A stretch of DNA of 64,000 nt from a candidate division FCPU426 bacterium (GCA_963796105.1 CAWCKJ010000012.1:128001-192000), one strand, 5' to 3'. Positions 1 to 10,124 are shown, numbered from the stretch's first letter. The notes: generated by a model from the letters alone, not told the origin. Translations and numbers: made by a program.

Positions 1-363
1 AATGGGAAAAACGGGTGTTAGAGATTCATTTAGGACCTTTACTTCGGAACAGCGGATTTCTATTTCTCCAGTGGCAAGCTTCGGGTTCACGGTGCCCTCG
101 GGGCGATGGGAAACTTTTCCTTTAACTGCCAGGACCCATTCGTTGCGGATCAAGTGGGATTGCTTGTGGACTTTATCTGCTAATTGGGGATCAAACACGA
201 TCTGGGTCACCCCATATCGGTCGCGCAGATCCACGAATACCAGCCCGCCGTGGTCGCGGCGGTGGTGCACCCATCCCATAAGGAGGACATCCTTGCCCAT
301 ATCCGACCCTCTCAGGTCACCGCAAGTATGACTTCGTTTCCAACCACCGAGCATTTCCGCCAC
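1..363 (-). CDS. aspS: aspartyl-tRNA synthetase, N-terminal part (runs off window start)
   Basis: Not in the ORF track. Manual translation from GTG at 363 gives MAEMLGGWKRSHTCGDLRGSDMGKDVLLMGWVHHRRDHGGLVFVDLRDRYGVTQIVFDP, the AspRS anticodon-binding OB-fold start. GGAGT RBS upstream; follows hisS. Confidence 0.95.
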   Translation of the reverse strand, partial: MAEMLGGWKRSHTCGDLRGSDMGKDVLLMGWVHHRRDHGGLVFVDLRDRYGVTQIVFDPQLADKVHKQSHLIRNEWVLAVKGKVSHRPEGTVNPKLATGEIEIRCSEVKVLNESLTPVFPI

Positions 364-382
364 TTTGTTCACTCCTAATGAA

Positions 383-410
383 AATAAAAACGACCCCATA
401 GGGGCCGTTT
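383..410 (-). terminator. intrinsic terminator-like hairpin between hisS and aspS
   Basis: Minus strand AAACGGCCCC-TAT-GGGGTCGTTT followed by TTATTTT. Confidence 0.5.
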
Positions 411-472
411 AAAGAGACCGTATAATAGCATAACCTTTTTCAGCTCAAAACCTGGATTTAGCCCTAAAGGAA

Positions 473-1924
473 CTATTCCTTTTGAACAGTTCCCAGCAAT
501 TCCTCCAGGGTCATTTCCTGGTCCTGCCGGGTGGATAACTTACGGACCTTGAATTTATCGCCTCCAAGCTGAAAATCAATAATTGCGAATTCCAGACCGC
601 CATCCTGGGCGGTTTTCATTTGTTTTCCGAAATCCTTCTTTTCCAGGCAAGTCTCGACCTGTAATCCCTTTGAGCGAAGAAGTTCAGCCAAACCCAACAA
701 ATCCTTTTCGGATTGGTCCTTATTGGCGATATAAATCCTCTTCGAGGCGAATGAATCGACCACATTGTCCCGTTCCATCAAAATGTATAGGATGCGCTCG
801 AAGCCTAGGGATACCCCCACCGCAGGAGTATCCTTAGGTCCACCAAGTTTTTCAATCAACCCGTCGTAACGTCCTCCGCCACCGATGGAGAAACTATACG
901 CTTTATCTTCGACATTAATTTCAAATACCGAGCCAGTGTAATAGTCGAAACCCCGAACCAAAAGCGGATCAAAAATCACGTTGGCATCAGGATTCACATC
1001 CCTGACACCCGTCTGGATGGATTTGATCTTATTCCCCAATTCAGTAATCTTGTTTTCCTTAAAATCTTTCAAGTCCAAAAATCCATTTTTAGCGCTGTTG
1101 ATGAAGAGAATAATCTTTTCCTGATTTTCTTTGTCTAGCCCTATTCCTGCAATTTCATTTTTCACTTCATCAAAGGATTGCTTATCCAGCTTATCAATAG
1201 TTATGGCCACTTCCGGAATCTTTTCTACCGGCGTTCCGATTCGCCTTAGAATTGCTGTTAGTAGACTTTTATCGCTGATACGGATTTTGAATTCACCAAT
1301 ATTAAGCGCCTTTAACACCCGGTCAGTGGCTAAGAGCAGTTCCACTTCATATGATTCCGACACTCCCCCGATGATGTCGATATCGCATTGGTAAAACTCC
1401 CGGAACCTACCTTTCTGGGGTCGGTCGGCCCTCCAAACTGGACCTATGTGGTAACAGCGAAAGGGTTTGGGTAGATCGTTAGAGTGATTGGCGAAATAAC
1501 GGGCTAAGGGAACGGTAAGATCAAAACGCAGGCCCATGTCGGCAACGCTATCTTTCAACTCATATTTAAACAAATTTTTAATATTTTGAACAACTGCGGT
1601 CTTATTACTTGTACCAGGCTCAATTACTTCTACATCTGATATCTCCGCATTAATTTTTTTATTAAATAATCTAAGTAATGTGGTTTCAACAACGCCGCCT
1701 AATTCCTGCCCTCGTTTTAACACATTAAACATCAACTTCTCGTTCTCACCCCCGCCCTTGCCCTGCAAGACTTCAAGATTCTCCATAACAGGTGTGTCGA
1801 TGGGTTGAAAACCATAGAGTTGGTAATGCGATTCAATCAGACGGATTAGTTTCTGACGAATTTGAACTTCTTTTGGGAGCCAATCGCGCATGCCCTTGGG
1901 CGGGCTGAACTTTGTGTTATCCAC
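473..1924 (-). CDS. hisS: histidyl-tRNA synthetase
   Basis: PKGMRD, GLRFDLTVPLARY, WRADRPQKGRFREFYQCD, LVRGFDYYTG, GGGRYD and GFER motifs. Confidence 0.97.
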   Translation of the reverse strand: MDNTKFSPPKGMRDWLPKEVQIRQKLIRLIESHYQLYGFQPIDTPVMENLEVLQGKGGGENEKLMFNVLKRGQELGGVVETTLLRLFNKKINAEISDVEVIEPGTSNKTAVVQNIKNLFKYELKDSVADMGLRFDLTVPLARYFANHSNDLPKPFRCYHIGPVWRADRPQKGRFREFYQCDIDIIGGVSESYEVELLLATDRVLKALNIGEFKIRISDKSLLTAILRRIGTPVEKIPEVAITIDKLDKQSFDEVKNEIAGIGLDKENQEKIILFINSAKNGFLDLKDFKENKITELGNKIKSIQTGVRDVNPDANVIFDPLLVRGFDYYTGSVFEINVEDKAYSFSIGGGGRYDGLIEKLGGPKDTPAVGVSLGFERILYILMERDNVVDSFASKRIYIANKDQSEKDLLGLAELLRSKGLQVETCLEKKDFGKQMKTAQDGGLEFAIIDFQLGGDKFKVRKLSTRQDQEMTLEELLGTVQKE

Positions 1925-1971
1925 TGAATACTCCGGAATTCTACATTCGAAATTTTATATTGAGGATTGCC

Positions 1972-4302
1972 TTATTGCACCTGATTATATTTCCCATCCT
2001 TGATTTGGATCACAGGCACAACCTTCTCTGGTTCTCCATGGCCGCCGAATGTGGTTTTACCACTCACACCCTCGAAATCTTTGATTTGCATCAACTGATT
2101 ATGTATGTTTTCACGATCGGAGGAATTAGCCAAGGCGGATAACAAAAGTCGAGCGGCATCATAAGCCTGAGCCGCCAATAGGTCCGGACGCTTGGCGTAT
2201 TTCTTAAGGTAATCCTCAACGAATTTCTTGACCTCATTTTTCGAGCTATCCACATAGAAACCCGTCACGAAATAAGAGCCTTCCAGATCCTTGCTCCCCT
2301 CCCGCAAAACAGTGTCATTTTCCCAAAGATGGCCCCCAAGGAAAATCGGGTTCAGGTCATAGAAATGGCTTTGGGATACCAAGAGGGGGATTTCCGAGGC
2401 ATGGGCTGGTAAGTAAAGGGCTTGATAATCCGCTTTCCGTCGAAGCATGGTTGAGGGTTTAAAAAAACTATATTGAACATGATTCATATAAAAGCGGCCG
2501 AACGTTTCGGTTTTTGGGTTTTGCCTGAAAGCCTCGATGGTAAGTGTAAAGTCCCATGTGGGGTCGTCACTGCTCCAATCGTTTGGAGGATTGGTTTCGA
2601 CAATCCTTCCTGTGATCAACAGGGGTACCTGTGCCTCTTCGGCAATTTCCCCCCATTGGTCCGCGGTGGGAGTCAAAGTTGTTCCCTTGAATTCAACAGG
2701 CAGACGGGTCAAAGCCTGCTGGACCAAATCATCAGTCCTCAATTGAAATCCAACCTGGTCCTTGAAACTTTCCCGAAGGGTTTCATTCACATCCTTGGAT
2801 ATCGAGGGACAAGCCGTATTGGTGAGTCCCTCTACCAAAGGAACAAAAGCGATCGGAGTACCTCCCGCCTCTTCCTCGGCAACCGCGGGAGCGGCGGCGG
2901 ATAATGCCCTAGCCTTTACAAAAATTTTTCCAATTTCCTTAGCAAGGCCATATTTCAATTCATCGAGACGGCGTGTGTTTTCACGGTCATTTTCTTTTGA
3001 TGAATTAGGATCCTGTCCACCTAAAAGAACCAATTGTTTTTTGAAATCCGTGCTGATGGAAGCCGGGTAAGAAACCGAGGCGGTTATGGTGCCTCCGAGG
3101 GAATCCACAGTTTTCTCGAAAGAATTTGCGAGCGTTTGGCCGTAGCCGTCGTTGGGGGCGAGAATTCCAAACTTTTTAAATCCAAGTTTTTCCACCGCGT
3201 ACCGAGCCATGGCACGACCCTGCATCTCGTTGGTCATGCTGTTGCTGAAAAGATAGGGGCCTATAACGGACAACCCATCCCGACTCGCAGCCGGGCAAAG
3301 AAGTAAGATTTTCTGCTGGTTGGCGATGGGAGCCACCGCCTGGATGTCGGCAGCCAATACCGGCCCGATGACCGCGTCCAAGCTATTATCTTTATTTAAA
3401 TCTTGGAACGCCCGAATAACCCTGGTCGGATCCAATGTTGGGTCACCGGTATCTTTCAGGACTAATGAAACTGTTTTTTTCGTTCCCCCCTCCAGGTTTG
3501 CTTGCTGAACGGCTAAAGCCACGCCGTTTCGAACGGAATCGCCAAAACTCTTGAATCTGCCTATGGAAGGGGCCAATAAACCGATTTTCCAGCTTTTTCC
3601 ATTTTGCTGGCTTTGCAGGGACTGCAGAAGCAATCGGGCCGACGAGGCGGAAGGATCATCGGAACATTGTTGAAGATAGGGTGTTAGGTGACTGATAGCA
3701 TCAGCTTGAAATCCTGCTTGTGCTTCTCGACTGCCCAATTGGAAAAGGGCAGAGCATATCAAGGGAGAATTCGGGTAATTGGCGACATAACGCTTCAATT
3801 CATCAAGGCTTAGGGAATAAGTCAATATAAACTCCATCATTCCCTCACACTGATCGTTAAAAACCGACTTAGGGTATTTATCCATGACCGTTTGAAATGC
3901 GGCTAAAGAAGGAAGATAGTCTTTCTTTTCAAAATAAATTTGTCCTACCATATATTGGGCTTTGTCCAGTTGTGGAAGGTTAACCGGAATTTGAAGCATG
4001 GATTGGTAGGTTTTCAAACTTTCGACCAAACTATTGTGGTTGAATAGATATTGAGCAACCGTATAGTAGCTTTTTGAATTTTCCTTCGTCGCTTCTTTCC
4101 CGTTGATTTGAGAATATGCCAGTTGGTAATCCTGGTCTGATACTGGTGAATGGACATCAACTAAGGATGGGATCTGAGGCCCTCCCGTTTTCAATTGAGC
4201 CGGAGCGGCAGTAGAAAGTTGTGCCTGGATGGAAGATTTGGGAGAGCAACCTGCGATCAAAAACCCCGCTATAAACACGATCAGGGAATATCTTCTTCTC
4301 AT
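1972..4302 (-). CDS. lipoprotein with TPR/BamD-like repeats and a periplasmic-binding-protein type I domain (LpoA-like penicillin-binding protein activator)
   Basis: Lipobox LIAGC; TPR-like helices; IGLLAPSIG..FGDSVRNG, AVIGP and AAQAYDA..FEGVSG motifs of LpoA/LivJ-like domains. Confidence 0.75.
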   Translation of the reverse strand: MRRRYSLIVFIAGFLIAGCSPKSSIQAQLSTAAPAQLKTGGPQIPSLVDVHSPVSDQDYQLAYSQINGKEATKENSKSYYTVAQYLFNHNSLVESLKTYQSMLQIPVNLPQLDKAQYMVGQIYFEKKDYLPSLAAFQTVMDKYPKSVFNDQCEGMMEFILTYSLSLDELKRYVANYPNSPLICSALFQLGSREAQAGFQADAISHLTPYLQQCSDDPSASSARLLLQSLQSQQNGKSWKIGLLAPSIGRFKSFGDSVRNGVALAVQQANLEGGTKKTVSLVLKDTGDPTLDPTRVIRAFQDLNKDNSLDAVIGPVLAADIQAVAPIANQQKILLLCPAASRDGLSVIGPYLFSNSMTNEMQGRAMARYAVEKLGFKKFGILAPNDGYGQTLANSFEKTVDSLGGTITASVSYPASISTDFKKQLVLLGGQDPNSSKENDRENTRRLDELKYGLAKEIGKIFVKARALSAAAPAVAEEEAGGTPIAFVPLVEGLTNTACPSISKDVNETLRESFKDQVGFQLRTDDLVQQALTRLPVEFKGTTLTPTADQWGEIAEEAQVPLLITGRIVETNPPNDWSSDDPTWDFTLTIEAFRQNPKTETFGRFYMNHVQYSFFKPSTMLRRKADYQALYLPAHASEIPLLVSQSHFYDLNPIFLGGHLWENDTVLREGSKDLEGSYFVTGFYVDSSKNEVKKFVEDYLKKYAKRPDLLAAQAYDAARLLLSALANSSDRENIHNQLMQIKDFEGVSGKTTFGGHGEPEKVVPVIQIKDGKYNQVQ

Positions 4303-5361
4303 TTAAATGCCCTTCCTTAAAATTCGGACCATTTCTTCATCTAACGGACCACTTGTTCCGTCCGCTAATTTTGGCCATAAGCCGAAATCTAGCCATTTAT
4401 AATTCCAATAAGACCAACCCAAATTCATCTCTTTCATGAGTTCAACCATATCCAGAACCCAGTTCAGCCTAGCTTCTCGGGGAGCTTTTTCATAGACACC
4501 GAATTCGCCGCAATAAATCCTGTTCCCTTCATGGCTAAGATTTTCAACAGGCAGTAGTAATTTTCGAAGAGCCTCTCGATCCCAATTCTGCCTGCCTTCC
4601 TTCTCGATGAAATAACGCGTTTCCTCCGTGATGTCCCTTTCAAGATATTCTTTTACTCTGGGTATGAATCCTGGATAGGCCACTGTTTCCCGGTAGGACT
4701 TGGCCCCGCTCCACCATGGAGCCATTTGATGTGTTAGGAGCATGGGGGAATAAAAATGAAAACTATAAACTATGTTTGTCCCCCGCACCCCGCTTACCAA
4801 ATCCTTCAGCTTTTCAGACGAGGCCCAATAAGTGGATTCCAATATCACCATCCTCTCCGAATCTTCCTTCCGAATGGCCTCGTAAACTCTTTTAGCCACC
4901 TTGTTCCAGTCCAAGACGTTCTTGGCGGTAGGTTCATTGAGGGTATCAAACCATAATAAACCATCAAATTCCTTTAAGGCCTGAGTAAGCTCAGCCCATG
5001 TAATGCAGAAAGAAGTTAAATCTTCCTCGCTTTTCCATAAATTTTCAAGTTCGGGTTTGGAAAAGGAATGCCAGGGGACTTGATGCAAATCCAGAATAGT
5101 TAATAGTCCTGCCTTCTTGGCCCAGTTAAGAATTTTCCGCAAAACATTCAAACGGTTATTAGAAATATGACCCCGACCCTCATTTTCGAAAAGCCACTTT
5201 GCATCAACGGGAAGTCTAATGGAATTAAAACCCCAATTTGCTACAGTTTTGAAATCCTCTTCCCGAATAAAATCAGAGACATATCTTTCTTCTAGAGAAG
5301 ACTGGGATAGCCAGCCACCGAAATTAAACCCGACCGGGCGAATCTGGTTGGAATTCAACAA
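4303..5361 (-). CDS. glycoside hydrolase family 5 (cellulase family), no signal peptide
   Basis: GFNFGGWLSQ, GFNSIRLP, ILDLH, LNEP (acid/base), SFHFY and CGEFG (nucleophile). Confidence 0.9.
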   Translation of the reverse strand: MLNSNQIRPVGFNFGGWLSQSSLEERYVSDFIREEDFKTVANWGFNSIRLPVDAKWLFENEGRGHISNNRLNVLRKILNWAKKAGLLTILDLHQVPWHSFSKPELENLWKSEEDLTSFCITWAELTQALKEFDGLLWFDTLNEPTAKNVLDWNKVAKRVYEAIRKEDSERMVILESTYWASSEKLKDLVSGVRGTNIVYSFHFYSPMLLTHQMAPWWSGAKSYRETVAYPGFIPRVKEYLERDITEETRYFIEKEGRQNWDREALRKLLLPVENLSHEGNRIYCGEFGVYEKAPREARLNWVLDMVELMKEMNLGWSYWNYKWLDFGLWPKLADGTSGPLDEEMVRILRKGI

Positions 5362-5415
5362 AATTATCTTTCCTCAAATAAAAATTTCAGAGAAAGCCGA
5401 AACAAAATTTCAATT

Positions 5416-5868
5416 TTACTGTACGCCGGTGTGGCCGAATCCACCCGTTCCCCTTAAGGTATCGTCCACCCGGTTCACTTGGGTTATCCGCACTCGAGCG
5501 ACAGGCGAAATCAAAAGCTGTGCCACTCTGTCACCCCTGTTTATCCGAACCGGTTCCTGTCCTAGGTTGATTACCAAAACCTTCACCTCGCCACGGTAAT
5601 CCGAGTCGATTGTTCCAGGTCCGTTGGTCAAGGTCAGCCCTTGCTTCATCGCTAAACCGCTGCGAGGCCTGACACAGCCCTCATAGCCCTCCGGAATAGC
5701 CATTTTCAATCCTGTCGGGACAATCCCTCTTTGACCCGGTTGAAGAACCAGAGGCTCGGACAAAGCCGCTTTCAAATCCAATCCAGCCGCGCCTTCAGTC
5801 GCATATTCCGGTAATGAAATATCCCCACTGCCAGGCAAAATTTCTATTTTCAGGTCCGGTTGTTCCAT
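5416..5868 (-). CDS. dut: dUTP diphosphatase
   Basis: AGLDL, RPRSGLA, GTIDSDYRGE and RGTGGFGHTG motifs. Confidence 0.97.
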   Translation of the reverse strand: MEQPDLKIEILPGSGDISLPEYATEGAAGLDLKAALSEPLVLQPGQRGIVPTGLKMAIPEGYEGCVRPRSGLAMKQGLTLTNGPGTIDSDYRGEVKVLVINLGQEPVRINRGDRVAQLLISPVARVRITQVNRVDDTLRGTGGFGHTGVQ

Positions 5869-5985
5869 AAAGTTCTTTATCCTCTATTAGATCCAAGGAT
5901 TGTCTTGAGTGACATTCTCGTTGATTTTATACGGTTCAAACAGATTTCGGTTTGGGAGGAGAGAAAATTTTAGATTTTTTCTTAA

Positions 5986-7575
5986 TTAAGCTCTATCTAC
6001 TTCCTGCCGAACTATATCCTTCATATTCGTGAATATTTCCTTAGGGAAACAGAAAAAAGGGTATTCCCTAAAGGAAAGTACATCCTTCACCTCTTTGACC
6101 CTCGCAACATCCAAAATACCCATTTCCAATATTTTCGCGGCCTCAATGCATTCATCATACAATTCATCGTTAATAGCCCTGATTTTCTGGGAAGCCTCTG
6201 TTCTTTGTGCCGGATCGGACAACAAATTCACCCATTTCTTTTTTTCTTCAGCCAATTTTTCCAATTTTCCGTTTTCCAGGCATTTCTTGAATACCATATG
6301 CATAAAAACCGGCAATTCCTTTATCCATGAGTCTTGCCTCGTGAATAGATATTCAGGGTTTTTTTCCAATATTCTTTCCCATTTTTCAAGATTTTTCTCA
6401 TGGTCGGTGATTATTTCCAATGGTTGGCTTTCCTCTGGTTCCACCAAATAAGTGGCTGAAACAACCCCATAAGCCAATGGCTTGATTTTAAGAGCTTTTT
6501 TAAAAATCAAATCGTTAACTTCCTCATACCAGCCTCCGCCCATCCCATGAATGAAGAAGTCACATAGATATAAACGGCAAAATAGCGTCTGAGGGATGGC
6601 CTTGGGCCAAATCAAAATGGGAAGTGTTGCTAAGTCGTTTTGAAGGGTTGTCAATCCAGCAGAATAGGTTCCAGTTGTGCCCCGAAGCTTCAGGACGATG
6701 TGTTTTCCATCATTCTTGGCCATTAGGGAATGGCGTTGATGGTACTGGGTAATCCCCCAGAACGGGATTTCAAACCACCAATCCTCGAAACCCAGGTTGG
6801 GCATGGGATTAAGCTTGTGTTTGATCTTATACTTACGCCTGTAATCGTCAAGGGACTCGTTGTAAACACCTGTAAGCTCTGGAAGATTGGCCATCCAAAA
6901 GGTCAAGAACTCGAAAAAAGGCTCAGAAGCCCAAATCCTGCTACCCTCCAAGAATTGTCGTTCGGTTCCGCATATTCCATCAAGCATTTTTAAATAATTA
7001 ATGTGGTACCCGTTCCAGGATTCACTTTCCTTCAAACCGTTTAGGAGTTGGGGTTCGAATATCCTCATGTTCTCTTTTATGGATTTGGGGCAAAACACTT
7101 GAGCATCGGCGTAAATCTTATCCATTGCCTCGTAATCCGGTGGTGGTAAAAAAGCATAAGGAGTGGTTTTTTCCTGGGTCTGAAGATCATGGTTGGAGAA
7201 AAATTCCAATTTTTTACGCCGAGCCTTTCCATTATCCTCCACCTCAGGGAGAAAATGAGAATACTCAGCTGATACGGCAGTATCAGTTAATTTATGATAA
7301 ACTGTCCCTTGCACGGCCTCGGCCAGGGAACTGGCAGCCAGGCACTTGGCCCATAAGCCAGGATGGAAAAATACAGGCTGGTGGCCGGACATCACAATGG
7401 GTTGGTCTGTCGGCATTTTCAAGGCTTCCCTCACTTTGCTGGCTGACTGGCCCCATGGACTTTCCTTGACTGTCCTTTCCCTATTACGAAGGGCTTCCTC
7501 CTTCCAGAATGAAAAAGGGGGATCAAAATAAAATTCTCCATGCTTAGAGGGTATTTTTTTTTCATCATTGGTCAT
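5986..7575 (-). CDS. conserved hypothetical protein, distant BshC-like (putative cysteine/amino-acid ligase fold)
   Basis: IVMSGHQPVFFHPGLWAK and FIHGMGGGWYE resemble the BshC GQQ/GHQ and GGxGE motifs; coiled-coil near the C-terminus. Confidence 0.45.
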   Translation of the reverse strand: MTNDEKKIPSKHGEFYFDPPFSFWKEEALRNRERTVKESPWGQSASKVREALKMPTDQPIVMSGHQPVFFHPGLWAKCLAASSLAEAVQGTVYHKLTDTAVSAEYSHFLPEVEDNGKARRKKLEFFSNHDLQTQEKTTPYAFLPPPDYEAMDKIYADAQVFCPKSIKENMRIFEPQLLNGLKESESWNGYHINYLKMLDGICGTERQFLEGSRIWASEPFFEFLTFWMANLPELTGVYNESLDDYRRKYKIKHKLNPMPNLGFEDWWFEIPFWGITQYHQRHSLMAKNDGKHIVLKLRGTTGTYSAGLTTLQNDLATLPILIWPKAIPQTLFCRLYLCDFFIHGMGGGWYEEVNDLIFKKALKIKPLAYGVVSATYLVEPEESQPLEIITDHEKNLEKWERILEKNPEYLFTRQDSWIKELPVFMHMVFKKCLENGKLEKLAEEKKKWVNLLSDPAQRTEASQKIRAINDELYDECIEAAKILEMGILDVARVKEVKDVLSFREYPFFCFPKEIFTNMKDIVRQEVDRA

Positions 7576-7645
7576 GCATTTGCCTTTTTCAAGAAACTTT
7601 CGGATAAAAATTTCTGTTTTTAAAATATCGGTGAATGATTTTATA

Positions 7646-8380
7646 CTATTTTGGTCGGTCTGTTGTGGAAGAAAGTCCCAATGCCTTTGCTTCCCTATCC
7701 ATAACTTGCAAATAATGGTTTAAACGTTCATCCCGGGTCGCAAACTGGTTGTTGAAATTCCGGCTATGGTCAGTATAAATCAACGGTACGGCGCACTCTG
7801 TAACAGTCAAGCCAACTTTAGCCGCCTGAAGCCAAGCCTGAATAGGAAAACCATAATTAGTTTCTGTCAATCGCATCTTCAGAAGGCCCGCCACCCGGTA
7901 ACCCTTGAAACCGCAAAAACTATCTGTCAAATAATAGCCGGTTAACTCATTCAATTTTTCTGTGATGATACGATTGATTTCCAATCTTTCCGGTGGAGGA
8001 GTTCCCTGATAAAGATGTGAATCCAAGTACCGGCTTCCTGAAACGATATCAAACTTAGTTAGTTTATCCATCAAACAATGGATGTAATAGGGTTCATGCT
8101 GCTCATCCGCGTCCATAGTGACACAATGTACATAATGGTTTTCCTTTGCATAGTCGAATCCATCCATAAGGGCTTTTCCATATCCTTCGTTTTGGACATG
8201 ACGGATCACGGCTTTGACGGAAACTCCCTTCAATATTATCGGTGTTTCATCCGTGGAGCCATCATCCACGATGACAACATCAGCATCCTTGAATTCGAAA
8301 AGTTTACGTAGAACGCGCTCCAATGTCGGAGCCTCATTGTAAACCGGCAGTATGACAGCAAAATTCATCAATAACTCCAC
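7646..8380 (-). CDS. glycosyltransferase family 2 (DPM-synthase-like)
   Basis: LPVYNE, VDDGSTD, GYGKAL, MDADEQH, VSGSRY and TDSFCGFK. Confidence 0.9.
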   Translation of the reverse strand: MELLMNFAVILPVYNEAPTLERVLRKLFEFKDADVVIVDDGSTDETPIILKGVSVKAVIRHVQNEGYGKALMDGFDYAKENHYVHCVTMDADEQHEPYYIHCLMDKLTKFDIVSGSRYLDSHLYQGTPPPERLEINRIITEKLNELTGYYLTDSFCGFKGYRVAGLLKMRLTETNYGFPIQAWLQAAKVGLTVTECAVPLIYTDHSRNFNNQFATRDERLNHYLQVMDREAKALGLSSTTDRPK

Positions 8381-8628
8381 AATTAACCAAAAATAAAAAT
8401 GCTAAGTTTTAATGGAAATCGGAAAGATTGACTAAACCAAAATCTGAAAATAAAACTCGTTCTAAAAGTTTAAATAACCTAGGGTTTTCTTCCGATTTAT
8501 TCAACCCACCCAAAAACTAATCGATTTTCATGTTGAAAATTCCAAGGTTGGATAAAATCACACCTCAAATTAATCCGGGATAAAGGAATGATTAGGGATT
8601 AAATGAATATGCAGGTCTTTTCAAAAAA

Positions 8629-9957
8629 TTATTGGGGCAAGACTCCCATTTCCGGGGTTGGAGTAGGCGGAAGAAGCTCTACCGGAACCAATTGAGTGGA
8701 AGAATTCGGTGTTGGATTTGAGCTTAAGCCTATGATTGGAGGAGATGGTTTTGCTTTAGGCATATCCGCAGTCTTTCCTTTAGAAACAGGCAGGGGTTGG
8801 AGATCGCCGGAAGAAGAATGATCCGAAGATGAATTATCAGTTTGAGTGTTATCGGAAAAACCAGCGATTGACACCGCGGAAGAAGACTTGGTTTCTGGGG
8901 TTTGCTGAAGCAAAGTCTTTTCTTGGGCAGCCAATCTCTCCGCTTCTTTCTTAGAAACTAAAGGCTTGGTAAGTTGAATCACGTGCAATTGGACAGCTTT
9001 GTCCTTTGGAACGAGATCGGAATATTTTTGCCAATGATAAAGAGCCAGCCCCATTTCTTCGTAACGTTCATAAATTTTGGCTACTTCCTTATGAGCTTGC
9101 GATTCTTTGTCATCCAAATCCAAAATGATCAAATATTCCTTACGGGCATTATCCCAATCGCGAAAACCGGCATAATGATCGGCCAAACGGTAATGGGCCA
9201 AAATATTGTTATTATTCAAGTCAACCGTGGCCTTATATTGCTCCACCGCTTTCGCTTCGTTTCCCTGGTTGAGGTACATGTCACCCAATTTGGATCTCAC
9301 GGAGGTATTAACCGGATCTACTCTGAGGGATTGCCGGTAATAAGCAATCGCTTCCTCATGTAGGGCTTGAGCCTCATAAGCGTCACCCAATCTCTCAAAC
9401 ACCTCAGAATTGTCTGGAAAGGCATCAACGGCTTTTTTCAACTCTGGAATTGCTTTGGAATATTGTTTTAAAGAAAAATAGGTCATACCCAAATTGTAAT
9501 GGGCGGAACCATATCCTGGATCGATCGCCAAAGCCTTTCGGGAGAAAACAATGGCTTCTGGAAAATCCTGGCGTTGAAGGTATACATAAGCTTTATTTGA
9601 AATAGCCGCAACATAATTGGGTTGAATTTGAATAGCTTTGTCAAACTGTTCGAGAGCCTCATCCATCATATTTTTCTTGGCGTACAGCTTGCCCAAATTG
9701 TTCCGAGCTTCCGCGTTGTAGGGGTCTCGTTCAATGGCGTCTCGGAAATATTTGATCGCGACCTCAGGTTTTCCCTCTTTTAGATAAACATTACCTTTGT
9801 CAGTATAATATTGGCTATCAAGAGCAGCCCGGGCGATGGATATAAAAAGGATTAAATACAAGGCTGCAAGGGCGAACCGAAGGCAAAAAATTGATCTTTT
9901 TCTTGCTAAAAAAGACATTCTCACTCCTTTGAGGTTTTCAAGAGGCGACTCCAACAA
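8629..9957 (-). CDS. exported tetratricopeptide repeat protein with Ser/Pro-rich tail
   Basis: Signal-like hydrophobic segment, ~8 TPR units (e.g. AEARNNLGKLY, AHYNLGMTY) and a low-complexity C-terminus. Confidence 0.85.
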   Translation of the reverse strand: MLESPLENLKGVRMSFLARKRSIFCLRFALAALYLILFISIARAALDSQYYTDKGNVYLKEGKPEVAIKYFRDAIERDPYNAEARNNLGKLYAKKNMMDEALEQFDKAIQIQPNYVAAISNKAYVYLQRQDFPEAIVFSRKALAIDPGYGSAHYNLGMTYFSLKQYSKAIPELKKAVDAFPDNSEVFERLGDAYEAQALHEEAIAYYRQSLRVDPVNTSVRSKLGDMYLNQGNEAKAVEQYKATVDLNNNNILAHYRLADHYAGFRDWDNARKEYLIILDLDDKESQAHKEVAKIYERYEEMGLALYHWQKYSDLVPKDKAVQLHVIQLTKPLVSKKEAERLAAQEKTLLQQTPETKSSSAVSIAGFSDNTQTDNSSSDHSSSGDLQPLPVSKGKTADMPKAKPSPPIIGLSSNPTPNSSTQLVPVELLPPTPTPEMGVLPQ

Positions 9958-10124
9958 TTGGAGAAATGATTTTAAGGGAGGGTTTTGGACCCGTCAATGT
10001 CCAAAAATCCTACCCCGTTAAAAAAGTATTATTTGGTTAAAGGAGTCGGCTTCAGTAAAATCCCTTTTTATCGCCGCTTTATTGCCATCCCTACCAGCTT
10101 TTACTGCTCCACCTTAATTTAATA

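Noticed and set aside
2..378. Plus-strand ORFs 2-331 and 184-378
   Set aside because: They are antisense shadows of aspS.
1550..1708. Intein in HisRS
   Set aside because: The segment is too short and lacks the N-terminal C/S and C-terminal HN splicing motifs.
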